From the IMG/VR virus record IMGVR_UViG_3300030107_002792: a DNA stretch of 64,000 nucleotides; one strand, 5' to 3'. Under the pieces are notes generated by a model. It saw nothing but the letters and a program-made list of their open reading frames with translations. It did no database searches and was not told the DNA's origin. This document shows positions 9,041 to 19,500 of this stretch, piece after piece. Made by a program: the position numbers and the translations under genes. Each line of letters begins with the position of its first letter. Within the stretch, counting starts at the first letter, position 1. This stretch comes from an uncultured virus (IMG/VR IMGVR_UViG_3300030107_002792). Taxonomy: Duplodnaviria > Heunggongvirae > Uroviricota > Caudoviricetes > Kyanoviridae.

Positions 9041-9388
9041 ATGTCACTTTTGTTACCTTTAATATTCATTGCTATAATGCTGTGCCTTACAGGTGCAGCA
9101 TTTGCTTTAATATTTAAAAATCTGAGTGAAATTAATAAGTTAGAAAAGAAACCAATAATCCATCCAGAGCTTGAAGAGTTAAAGGAGGGGGATGAGTTGT
9201 TGGTTGTAAAGTTTAAACCTGATTGGGAAGAAGGTGAAGTTGATATTAAATTCACTCCCGATAATAAATTTACTGATAGGGTGTTGGATAATTCTTTACG
9301 CAAAAGAATACAAGAACTTTCTGACCCTTGGGATGATGAGGATGAAGATGATGGTGATGGTGACGTACCTGCTATTGTAAGAAGGTAG
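9041..9388 (+). CDS. DUF2973-like membrane-anchored protein
   Basis: N-terminal TM; HPEL...GDELLVVKF motif; acidic tail. Confidence 0.65.
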   Translation: MSLLLPLIFIAIMLCLTGAAFALIFKNLSEINKLEKKPIIHPELEELKEGDELLVVKFKPDWEEGEVDIKFTPDNKFTDRVLDNSLRKRIQELSDPWDDEDEDDGDGDVPAIVRR

Positions 9389-9466
9389 ACCCCATATATT
9401 ATTCAACTTTTTATTACCAGGAAACCGCCAAAAAAACTCGGCACATTTTTTGCCCCTTTAGGTTTT

Positions 9467-10213
9467 TTAAGTTACTGTAGTAGTTGTAGATCCAGGTCCA
9501 TTATCATATGAAGTAACTGTTCCTACATTATCTGTTACTGTAACACTACCAGCAGCATTACCAGACTTATCTAAGAATCTAGCACTACTATTAAGTAGTG
9601 TTTTTTTATTGCCTTCACGATCTATCTCATCATTTGGTTCATACGCAATTAACTCTTCAAACTCATTTTGTATTAATTCCATTATTGGTGGAGTTGGGAG
9701 TTTTATGTTTCTTTTCAATTCATTCTGATAATCTTCATATTCGTAATTTGTCACTGGGTAGATAGACTCGTTTTCAGTCTTAGTTGTCCCATCTGGCAAA
9801 ATTGCCCTAAAAGTGTTATTTACTTGAGTTCCCTTTTGGATGAAAATCTCTTCATTGTATAAAATTTCATTTGTTTCATAATGATGGATATCGTCAGGTT
9901 TATCGTATTTGTTAGCAACGTAAGTTTGGAGCTCATTTACGTTTTTAGGCCATTCCTCGTAAATATCCGTAATATTGTTAACTAGTAAAATAATCCAATC
10001 GAGGTATATATCACCGTACATTTCTCCAGCAAGTAATGCAGCAGTTTCATGGTCACCTATTGAATATGGTTCTAATAAGGTAATATACTTATCTAAGTCT
10101 AATCTTGTTACGGTTCTTCGGAACAGATTTTTTACAAGGCGATATTTAAATCCTTCATCGTCTGTTATCCCTTCTCCAACGTAAATATTTGGTAATTGTG
10201 AAAAATATGCCAT
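9467..10213 (-). CDS. gp53: Baseplate wedge subunit gp53
   Basis: YFSQLPNI start; YGD..LDWIILLVNNI...WP; HHYET; TNYEYE...NELKRNI. Confidence 0.9.
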   Translation of the reverse strand: MAYFSQLPNIYVGEGITDDEGFKYRLVKNLFRRTVTRLDLDKYITLLEPYSIGDHETAALLAGEMYGDIYLDWIILLVNNITDIYEEWPKNVNELQTYVANKYDKPDDIHHYETNEILYNEEIFIQKGTQVNNTFRAILPDGTTKTENESIYPVTNYEYEDYQNELKRNIKLPTPPIMELIQNEFEELIAYEPNDEIDREGNKKTLLNSSARFLDKSGNAAGSVTVTDNVGTVTSYDNGPGSTTTTVT

Positions 10214-11277
10214 TAGTAACCTGCTGCTGCGTCTGTTTGTGTTACTAGTCTTGTTTCAGTAAAAGTAACTGTCATAACAATAGCTGGATTATCAATACCT
10301 GCTTGTGGTAGATACTTAAAAGATTGATATTGGTTATCTGGTGTGTAGTTAATGTTAATACCTGTGCAAACAGAAGGATACATCTTGAACATTAAATCTC
10401 TTCTAGTAGATTCACTCATATTCTCTGTTCCATTAGGAGTATCATTATTAGTACCAAAACGAACGAAACGTAATTGGAATCTATCTGGAATCTCGAAGAA
10501 TCTGTTTTGACCACTATAGTTAGTAGTTCCCTTCATTTTTTTGAAGAAATCTTTGTCGAATATGTTCTTATGATCACTGTGCCTCTCTTTCTTACCACCA
10601 GGAACATCGAATTTTTTCTTATCGTTAACATATTTGGTAACAAATTCACCACTTCTAATTCTAGGTAATGAACCAATTTTAATATAATTGATTATATTCC
10701 ATATTTCATTTGAATCAGCTAAATTCTTCGCAAAGAACTTAAATGCAAAGTTATGAGTTCTAAAACTCATACCTTGGAACATTTGTTCGGAATATGGGTT
10801 AAAAACTTGACCACTTTGTAATTGTCTAACTGTATTAATATCTAATTGTCCTTGTAATCCAACAAATTGGTTAAATCCATTGATCATTGACAAAACAGCA
10901 GATGTTGAGAATTCTGGTAATGCTGATTTTGCTGCATCTTGCAATTTTTCAGACATATCACCGAAATCCATTGATTTCATCATACCCATTGCTCCAACAC
11001 CACCTACACCAATATCTGCTCTTCTGTACGCAGGACTATATTGAGTTGCAATTTGTGGAGGTATTGCAATATAAACTCTATCTGGGTGCTGTAAAACTTT
11101 TTGCTGATTACCTGGACTACTTCTTTTATAGAAGTTAGGAACATCTGAATCATTATATGAAAATCTTTCACGACGTAGCATTAAATAATCAGTAGCCTCG
11201 GTAGCACCATCAGCTATTCTTGGTCCTGCTTGCGTCCTACTTGCAGGAGCTCTTAATGGATATTTGAAGATTGCCAA
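10213..11277 (-). CDS. gp48: Baseplate tail-tube cap gp48
   Basis: FNPYSEQMFQGMSFRTHNFAFKF; INYTPD; TFTE; coupled to gp53. Confidence 0.85.
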   Translation of the reverse strand: MAIFKYPLRAPASRTQAGPRIADGATEATDYLMLRRERFSYNDSDVPNFYKRSSPGNQQKVLQHPDRVYIAIPPQIATQYSPAYRRADIGVGGVGAMGMMKSMDFGDMSEKLQDAAKSALPEFSTSAVLSMINGFNQFVGLQGQLDINTVRQLQSGQVFNPYSEQMFQGMSFRTHNFAFKFFAKNLADSNEIWNIINYIKIGSLPRIRSGEFVTKYVNDKKKFDVPGGKKERHSDHKNIFDKDFFKKMKGTTNYSGQNRFFEIPDRFQLRFVRFGTNNDTPNGTENMSESTRRDLMFKMYPSVCTGININYTPDNQYQSFKYLPQAGIDNPAIVMTVTFTETRLVTQTDAAAGY

Positions 11278-11313
11278 TTTCTACCTAAATAATATCGTGA
11301 TCTCTATGTATTT

Positions 11314-11736
11314 ATGCGTTATAAGCAGGGAAAGTACATTCCTAGGCTTCCAAAGAAGTATAAAGGTGATTATCGGAACATAGTTTACCGATCATCTTGG
11401 GAATACAAATTCATGCAGTGGTGTGATACCACCCCTTCAGTCCTTGAATGGGGTAGTGAAGAGATTGCTATACCCTATATATCCCCTGTTGATGGTAAAC
11501 GCCATAAGTATTATCCAGACTTTTATTTAAAGGTTGGTAATAAAAAATATATGGTTGAGGTGAAACCCAATAAACAAACAAAGGAACCTAAAACTCAGAG
11601 AAAAATAACTAAACGTTATGTTACTGAGGTTGTTACATATAGTGTTAATAAAGCTAAATGGAAGGCAGCAGAAGACTTTTGTAAAGATTATGGTTGGGAG
11701 TTTATGTTAATTACAGAAAAAGAACTTAAAGTATAA
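11314..11736 (+). CDS. gp4: Head completion nuclease gp4
   Basis: KYKGD..NIVYRSSWE; WGSEE; YYPDF...EVKP; LITEKEL. Confidence 0.93.
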   Translation: MRYKQGKYIPRLPKKYKGDYRNIVYRSSWEYKFMQWCDTTPSVLEWGSEEIAIPYISPVDGKRHKYYPDFYLKVGNKKYMVEVKPNKQTKEPKTQRKITKRYVTEVVTYSVNKAKWKAAEDFCKDYGWEFMLITEKELKV

Positions 11737-12596
11737 TGTTTGCAAGTATTTTCGCAGCGATAAATCAAATTGCTGGTGCTGTTTATAGTAATCAGACAGT
11801 TGATCCTGGTGTGCCAAATTGGGCTCAAGGAAGAAATTCTTCATTACAAGAGTTTAGTTCATTTTTTAGAAAGCAAGCTAATCATCCTTCATATACAAAC
11901 CTATATTCAGTACACTTCGCAACTCCTCCTCGTTTAAGTGGACTTCCTGATTGGGGATTTGAAAGTGCTAATAGATCAACGAATTTATTATTAGATTATT
12001 ATTGTGATACTGTAAACCTACCAAGTAAGCAAATATCTACAGGTCAGATTGTAAATATAGGTTCCTCATATAAGTATCCAACTGGAACTGCATTTAGTCA
12101 GATCAATATGACTTTTAAAATGCCTCAAACTCAATATACTAGAATGTTATTTGAGAGATGGATTACTTTTATGAGAAATGATGCAGATCAATATGTAGAT
12201 TATTATGATGATATTGTTTCACCTACTGTAAGAATTTTAAAATGGGAAAGAGGTGGTGGAGATGCCGTTCATACCTTAAACTCTAATGGTGCTCTTAGAC
12301 AGCAAGATCCTAATGCTAATGTAACTCCAGATAATTATAGAAAGAATCGTGTAACAGCATGTTGGGAATTACGTTCAGTTTTTCCATATAATATTGGATC
12401 TATACAGTTGAATAATATGGAATCTAGAGTAATGACTATAACAGTTGGATTCTATTATGAACGATATAGATTCTATGGAAAGAACGTTCTAGATATACAA
12501 GATGGTAATATTGGACAACTGGTTCCTTCCAATCCAGATAAAACTCATAGATTGAACTTATTAGAACCAGATAATGCATATATTGCCTCCTCATAG
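11736..12596 (+). CDS. gp54: Baseplate tail-tube initiator (gp54-like)
   Basis: Tube-fold motifs CDTVNLPSKQ, FERW, VFPYNIGSIQL, VGFYYERY; synteny. Confidence 0.7.
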   Translation: MFASIFAAINQIAGAVYSNQTVDPGVPNWAQGRNSSLQEFSSFFRKQANHPSYTNLYSVHFATPPRLSGLPDWGFESANRSTNLLLDYYCDTVNLPSKQISTGQIVNIGSSYKYPTGTAFSQINMTFKMPQTQYTRMLFERWITFMRNDADQYVDYYDDIVSPTVRILKWERGGGDAVHTLNSNGALRQQDPNANVTPDNYRKNRVTACWELRSVFPYNIGSIQLNNMESRVMTITVGFYYERYRFYGKNVLDIQDGNIGQLVPSNPDKTHRLNLLEPDNAYIASS

Positions 12597-12628
12597 TCCC
12601 CTAAATACTTACACTGAATTGAAGTACT

Positions 12629-13342
12629 ATGGTATTACCTACATTAAACACACCGAAATTTAAGACAAAACTGCCTTCTGATGGTAGAACAGTTAACTTT
12701 AGACCTTTTCTAGTAAAAGAAGAGAAGATTCTTCTAGTTGCTACAGAAACTGGAGACCAAAATAGTATGGTTTCTGCGATTAAAGATATTATTGGTGCTT
12801 GCACTGATATAACAGACTGTGAAACCCTTTCGACATTTGATATTGAATTTATTTTCTTACAAATCCGCACGAAATCTGTTGGTGAGTCTGTAGATGTTAC
12901 GGTGCTTTGTCCTGATGATGAAGAAACTGAAGTAAGTGTGAAAATTCCTTTAAACACGATTAAAATTAAAAGAACTAAAGGACATACTAATGAAATCAAA
13001 GTTAGTGATGAGGTAGTTCTTACACTGAACTATCCTACATTAGAAACCTTTGTGAAGATGAACTTTGTTCCTGATGAAACACCTGGTGTCGATCAAGTAT
13101 TTGATATGGCAGCTAGTTGTATAGGATCTATTACTGATCCAGAACAGGTTTATGACGCACAGGATTTACCAAAACAAGAAATACTTGATTTCTTAGATCA
13201 GATGACATCTGAGCAATTTAAGAAGATCCAAGATTTCTTTGAAACTATGCCGAAACTTCAGCATACAGTTAAGGTAACAAATCCTAAAACTAAGGTTGTG
13301 TCAGATGTTGTTCTTGAAGGATTAGCAGCTTTTTTCGGATAG
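12629..13342 (+). CDS. gp26: Baseplate hub assembly protein gp26
   Basis: FRPFLVKEEKILL; FDIEFIFLQIRTKSVGE; FFETMPKL; ends EGLAAFFG. Confidence 0.92.
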   Translation: MVLPTLNTPKFKTKLPSDGRTVNFRPFLVKEEKILLVATETGDQNSMVSAIKDIIGACTDITDCETLSTFDIEFIFLQIRTKSVGESVDVTVLCPDDEETEVSVKIPLNTIKIKRTKGHTNEIKVSDEVVLTLNYPTLETFVKMNFVPDETPGVDQVFDMAASCIGSITDPEQVYDAQDLPKQEILDFLDQMTSEQFKKIQDFFETMPKLQHTVKVTNPKTKVVSDVVLEGLAAFFG

Positions 13343-13530
13343 CCCTTCTTCATAACAGCCTGAAGAATTATTATGACACTAATTTTGCGTTAATGCATCA
13401 TCATAAGTGGAATATTGAGTACATCGATAATCTTATGCCTTGGGAAAAGGAGGTTTATATAAATCTCTTAACCGAATTCCTTAAGGAAGAGGAACGTAGA
13501 ATGAAGGAGCAAGAAGCGAATAGTGGCTAA
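13336..13530 (+). CDS. gp51: Baseplate hub assembly catalyst gp51, probably reached by -1 frameshift from gp26 (first ATG only at 13393)
   Basis: -1 frame reads RIALLHNSLKNYYDTNFALMHHHKWNIEYIDNLMPWEKEVYINLL...; not in ORF track. Confidence 0.8.
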   Translation, partial: RIALLHNSLKNYYDTNFALMHHHKWNIEYIDNLMPWEKEVYINLLTEFLKEEERRMKEQEANSG

Positions 13531-16500
13531 AATCCAGCTGTATAAATTTATTAATCCTGGCGGAGCAGGTCAGGATAAGCTGAGCCATAATTTTGGTAGA
13601 TCGAGTCTTTTAGCTATTAATAGATTAGGAAGCACTCTTAATGGTGTTGCTCAAGTCGTTGGTGATATGGGTTCTATTGCAAAGGCAGTAGATAAAGTAG
13701 AAGCAAATCAAGAAAAGAAAGAACGCAGAAGGTTAAAGAGAGAAAGAGACCAAGCTGCTGAGGATGAATTAGAACGTAAAAATGCCCTGATGGGTAAGGG
13801 CATAAAGTGGAAAGGGGCGATAAAAAAACAAGAGAAGGGATTTGGTGAACAGTTCTTTGATAAGATACTAACTCCTTTTGCAAGTTTTCTTAAGATAGTA
13901 GGATCCTTCCTCATTGGACTGGGTGGTAAACTTGCTATGTACGAGGGTCTGAAATGGTTAGCAGATCCTGCCAATAAAGGTAAAATAGAATTATTTTTAC
14001 ATAAACTCCATGTAGTCTGGTCAAAGATTAGTGGATTCTTCATGGGAAGAATTAATAATATAATGGATGGGTTTACCAATTTATTTGGAAGTGGTAATAG
14101 TTTTGGAGATAGATTAAAAGGTTTAGGGCAGCTTATAGTTGGAATTGTTGGATTAGGTGCTTTATTAAATCCATTTGGATTGATGGATATGATCCTATCC
14201 TTATTAGGATGGGATTGGTATAGGGATAAACCAGATGGAAGACGAGGAAAACCAGGAAAACCTGGTTCAACTCAACCAAGGAGAACCCAACCAAGGTGGG
14301 ATGCGAATCGAAGTAATATTAATAGACAGTTTGGTAAGAATGGTCTAAAGGAATATAATAAGTTACGTTCTAGAGGAGCGTCACATAAAAGTGCTTTAAA
14401 ACAACTTAGAAAGTTAAAGGTAAAAAATCCAGAGTTATTTAAAGCACCTAAACCTACAAGTGGATTAAAACCAAGTGGTGCTCCTAAAGGAAAGATAATA
14501 AAACCTGGTGCTAAACCTGGATTAGGGAAGATGGTTAATCGATCAACCCTAAAATTCTTAGGACCTAAAGCATTAAAGGGTGTTAAGGGTGTATTTAAGA
14601 ATGTATTTGGAAGAATACCGTTCTTTGGTGCTGCTTTAACTACTCTATTCTCTCTAATGATGGGAGAACCTTTAGATCAGGCATTATTTAAAGGTGGTGG
14701 TAGTGCCATTGGTGGTGCATTAGGAACTCTTATTCCTATACCAGGAGTAGGTAGTTTAGTTGGTATGCTCGTTGGTGAGTATGTCGGTGACTTGATGTAC
14801 GTAATGTTTAAGGGTGGTGGAATAAAGGCAGTTGGTGATAGGTTAAAATCAGATATAGCAGGTATATTTAATCAAGTTGGTAATTTAATCAACTGGGTTA
14901 AAAAAGGATTTGTTAGATTATATGAGGGATTACCTAAATGGAAGATTCCTGAACTTCCAAAATGGGTTCCTAGACGAGAATGGATAAGTAAATGGATGTT
15001 AATGGGTCTCCCAGGAACGGAGATCCCAAATCCCATATGGTTAGCTAACCCACTCAATCTCTGGCCTAAAGCTAAGTTATTTGCGTCTGCTTTCTTTGGT
15101 GATAGTGCTGTTCCTAAAGGTTCGGTTCAGGCTGGACAGAATGCTCCACCTGAAACTGAGGAAGAGAAAAAGAAAAGAGAGGAAAAAGAAAAGGCAAGAC
15201 TTGAGAAAGTTTCTAAGGCTACTTCTGGTGTTAATGCAAGAGAAAGAGCAAAACTTGAAGGTAAAACACCAATTACCAATAAGCGTGGGAGAATTACTGG
15301 TTGGAAAGATAATGAAACTGGTGAGGTTACAAAAGAAGAAACTAAGTACGAGCATGATCCTAATAAAAGGCAGATGGGCAGAAGTGCTGCCAAGAATAGG
15401 TCTAAAGTTAATGCGTCAAATTTAGTTAATAGCACGGTTACTCCTGATCCATCAGAACCTAAGAACCAGTGGTGGGATTTTCTTGATTTATTCCCTAATC
15501 AGAGCAAACAAGAAAGAGCATTAGAAGCTGGTAAGGTAGAGCGAGAAGAGAATGAATGGGGACCAGGTGGTCAACCTTCTGCAAGTGAACAGATAAAGAA
15601 ATCTGGTAAGAAGGGTAATTGGTGGAACCCATTTAGTTGGGGTAAAGAGTCTGGTGGTAAGGTATTAGGTTTAGGAGCAGTTCCTCCTAGACTAATGAGG
15701 AAGCAATATTTCCTTGGTAAGATATTTAAAGGTATTAGCAAAGGAATTGGTAGCGTAGTTAAAGGTGTAGGTAATGCAATTAGTTCTATTGCAAAGTCTC
15801 CTATCCTTAACACGATATTACAAGTCGCACCTATAATATTCCCGCCAGCAGCACCTTTCATATATGGTGCTCAGGCTGTTATGTCTTTGGCACAAGGAAA
15901 TATAATGGGTGCTATTGCACCTGCTATGGGTGCATTAGGTGGATTCTTCCCAGGTACATTTGGACCAACATCTGCATTTGGTAAGTTCATGGATGGTCCA
16001 ATCGGTAAGATTGGAATGGGATTCCTTGACGGTGGTATTGGAGGTGCAATTAGTGCTGGAATGGGTGTTCTTGGCGGTAGTGACATGTTCAAGAACAGTA
16101 AGTTGGGTGGATTCCTCCAAGGAAATATGGGTAAGATGATCGGAAGTGCTGCAGCAGCATTAATACCAGGTGTTGCTAACGTACCAGGATTGTCTCAATT
16201 ATTTGGAATGGATTCATTTATGACTCCAATGGGTATGATGCAGACCTTTGCTGATAATATGGGTGTAGGTGGTATGTTTAAAGCCATATCAGGTATGATG
16301 TCTGGTGGTGACTTTATAACGGGTCTTCGTGAACTTGCACCAGAATTGGGTATTGACCCTAGAGTCTTAGGTATATTTGATAGAACCTCTAGTATGTTTA
16401 GTGCTTCTTCAGGAGGTAGTAGGCAAAGACAATTATCAAATGAATATGCTTTACAAACAGCAATCGAATTTGTTCAAGTTCCTCTAATAATTGAAAAGTT

Positions 16501-16567
16501 GGTTGAGATTCCTAAGCCAGTTCCAATAAATAATCCTATACCTGTACCGCAACCTCAGAGAAAATAA
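13523..16567 (+). CDS. Tape-measure/baseplate-hub-like tail protein 1
   Basis: 1014 aa; coiled coil and Gly/Ala-rich hydrophobic repeats (GGALGTLIPIPGVG); follows gp26/gp51. Confidence 0.7.
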   Translation: MAKIQLYKFINPGGAGQDKLSHNFGRSSLLAINRLGSTLNGVAQVVGDMGSIAKAVDKVEANQEKKERRRLKRERDQAAEDELERKNALMGKGIKWKGAIKKQEKGFGEQFFDKILTPFASFLKIVGSFLIGLGGKLAMYEGLKWLADPANKGKIELFLHKLHVVWSKISGFFMGRINNIMDGFTNLFGSGNSFGDRLKGLGQLIVGIVGLGALLNPFGLMDMILSLLGWDWYRDKPDGRRGKPGKPGSTQPRRTQPRWDANRSNINRQFGKNGLKEYNKLRSRGASHKSALKQLRKLKVKNPELFKAPKPTSGLKPSGAPKGKIIKPGAKPGLGKMVNRSTLKFLGPKALKGVKGVFKNVFGRIPFFGAALTTLFSLMMGEPLDQALFKGGGSAIGGALGTLIPIPGVGSLVGMLVGEYVGDLMYVMFKGGGIKAVGDRLKSDIAGIFNQVGNLINWVKKGFVRLYEGLPKWKIPELPKWVPRREWISKWMLMGLPGTEIPNPIWLANPLNLWPKAKLFASAFFGDSAVPKGSVQAGQNAPPETEEEKKKREEKEKARLEKVSKATSGVNARERAKLEGKTPITNKRGRITGWKDNETGEVTKEETKYEHDPNKRQMGRSAAKNRSKVNASNLVNSTVTPDPSEPKNQWWDFLDLFPNQSKQERALEAGKVEREENEWGPGGQPSASEQIKKSGKKGNWWNPFSWGKESGGKVLGLGAVPPRLMRKQYFLGKIFKGISKGIGSVVKGVGNAISSIAKSPILNTILQVAPIIFPPAAPFIYGAQAVMSLAQGNIMGAIAPAMGALGGFFPGTFGPTSAFGKFMDGPIGKIGMGFLDGGIGGAISAGMGVLGGSDMFKNSKLGGFLQGNMGKMIGSAAAALIPGVANVPGLSQLFGMDSFMTPMGMMQTFADNMGVGGMFKAISGMMSGGDFITGLRELAPELGIDPRVLGIFDRTSSMFSASSGGSRQRQLSNEYALQTAIEFVQVPLIIEKLVEIPKPVPINNPIPVPQPQRK

Positions 16568-16570
16568 TAA

Positions 16571-19500
16571 ATGGCTGATATAGCGAAAAGCAGAAAAATT
16601 AATATGTATAAGATGGTGTCTCCAGCAGCAGCTGCAGCATCAGCAGAAAATCCAGCCATGGCAGAATTAGCTGGGAAAACTATACAAGGAATTAATAATT
16701 TAGGTAATATAGTAAACAGTATTGCTAGTCTTGCAAATGATCTTAGAAATATACAACTTGCCAATTTAAATCAGTTAAAGAAGAAGAAAGTATTTAAAGC
16801 AAAATTTGACAAACCTGAAACGGGTAAGTTTACTGGATTTGTTAATGATTTCATAGGAAGGGGTGCTCCTAAGTTCTGGGAAGCGTTACTTAATATGTTC
16901 TCTGGTCTTCTTAAATTGATGATCATTCGACCAATTCTAAAATGGTTGGCCAATGAAGAAAATCAGAAAAAGATAGAGAAGACTTTAAAGACTCTTGATA
17001 CTATATTCAGGTTCCTTAAAGCGTTCGTTGGGACAAATGTCACTCGAATACTCGATGGATTGTACGATCTATTACGAGATGATGCTACGTTGTGGCAGAG
17101 GATAGGTGGATTTGTTAAGACGATGGTAGCGTTAGGAACGCTATTAGCACCATTAATGATTCTTAGAAATCCAAGAGGGACTATAATACTCTTAAGGAAT
17201 TCTCTAAGAGCATTCCAAACTGGACTTCTTAAGTTCCATAAAGGACTTAAGATGCGTAAGATGGGTCGTATCGGTAAGATAGCGACTATAGCAACTGCTG
17301 TTGGTGGAACTGCTTACGTTGCTAAAAAGGGTTTTGATACAGCTCAGCAATATGCTGATGCAATGGAACCATCTAGGTTCGGTGATAGTAGTGATGGAAC
17401 CTTAACTCTTGCTGAATTTACAGGTGGATTTAATCTTGATGATCTTAAAGGTGAAGGTCAAACCGTCATTGGTGAGATGGTTGATCGAATTGGTAATCTT
17501 GAGAGAGCATATGGTGGGTTAGTTCCTAAGCATAAAGAATTACCACAGAGAGCAACAGGTGGATGGATTAATGGACCTGATTCTGGTTATCCTGTATCAT
17601 TAGGTCGTAAAGGTGGACAAGCAGACTTTATTGGTCATGGTTTAGAGTACGTATCAAAGAATAATAAAGGTGAAGACTTTGTTATTCCTATCAATAACTT
17701 TGCAACTAGAGCAGTACCTGGATTGGTATCTGCTAATATGAGGATGGCACATGCTCAGGGATTTGATATTCCTGGTGAACTACCAAGAGGTAAAGAGAAT
17801 TTCTTCTGGGGTAGTGTTAAGAAATGGGCAAGTAATAAATTTAGCGATAATCATGGTATAAGTTCTCTGTGGAGTAATAAACCTAAGAATCAGGGTGCTA
17901 AAGAGGGCTCTGGTTGGTGGGGTAAAACTATGAACTGGGGTAAAAACCTATTAGGTTTTGGTAAACCCGAAGAGAAGAAAACATCTTGGATGGATCGTCT
18001 GTTAGGTAATGCTGGACAGATAGGTTCAATGTTTGGAAATAAAGGTGGTGCTATTGGTGGTGCTATTCAAACTATCTTTGGTGGAGGAGGTAGTGGTAAG
18101 GATGGTAAGGCGACTGGATGGGATATAGCAAAAGCAATTGGTGGAGTTGCTGGTCAGTTCTTAGATCCAAGTAGTAAAGCTGCTGGATTATTAAGTAAAG
18201 GGATGGGTATTGGTAATGCATTCTTTGGACCTGGTTCTGAAGACATGACATTTGGCCAAAAACTTGGTGGTGCTCTTGGTCATATATTCCCAGGAGGTGT
18301 TCCAGGAGTAGGTGGAGGCGGTGGTCTAACTGGTGCTCCTACTGGATGGGCAGACCAAGGATCCATGCGTGTTGGTGAAGGTGGTATTGCTACTGGAGGT
18401 GGAGGTGGACCTAAACGTGGTCCTGATGGAGTTGTACGATCTCCTAACGGTGGTATTCAAGCTTCAATTAGAGCTGGAAGAGCAGCATTATCTAGAGGAT
18501 TTACAGTATATAATCATCCTAATTTTAGAAATAATAAGTGGAAGAAAGAAGGTGCTAATAGAAGAGGTGAGGATACTTCAGGTCGTCAACCAGTAAGAGG
18601 AGGTAAACTTCATAAGAGAGGTTTAGCTATTGATATTTCTGACTTTAGAAAGGGTCAAAATGGTGAGGCAAATCTTAGAGCATATGCTGATGAGTTGTTC
18701 GGACAAAGAAAGGGTTCAGGAATTGCTCTAATTGCAAATAATAAATGGGGAACATGGCAATCTGGTGGTAGTAAGAAAGGACCAGGTTCTCATACTAGAC
18801 CTAATACCACTACAATAGGTTTTGCTGATAGACAGATTGCTGGATCAGGTGCTACTGGAATGGGTGAGAGTGATCTAAGAATACTTAAGAAAGCTATTGT
18901 TTCTGAACATGGCGAAGGTGATATGACAGGAGGAGCATTATCTGCTCGTACTATTTGGAATGCAGCAAATATGATTGATAGTGGATCTTCTGATTCAACT
19001 TTAGGTGGAGCAAAAACAACTACTCAACTTATAGAGCATCTATTCCCTAATACAAAGACTTATTGGGATAAGAATCTAACATCTAGTCAATCAAAGATGG
19101 CAGATAAGATGATTAATCTATCTTTTGATACTGAAAATTTAGGAGGTATCTTAGCGAATGATGGTATAGGATATCCAGCTATAAATGCTATGTTAAGTGC
19201 TTCTACTAAAGGTAAGGGAACGCCATTTGGTATTGGTAGTAATGATTCAATGTTCTCATGGAAGAATATGAATTACGGTGTTGTTGATGGACTTGATAAA
19301 CATGGTGATGATGCAAAAGTTGGTGGTGATGGTAAAAAGTCAAAAAGGCAGATGGGTAGAAGTGCTGCCAAGAATAGGAATACCGCTAAGGGTGGTAAAT
19401 CCAGTAATACATCTTATGGTGGTGGAGGAGTAGCATCATCCTCAAAGACTGGAGGAAGTGGTAGTATTTTAGGTGGTGGTAAGAACCAGTTAAAGAATAA

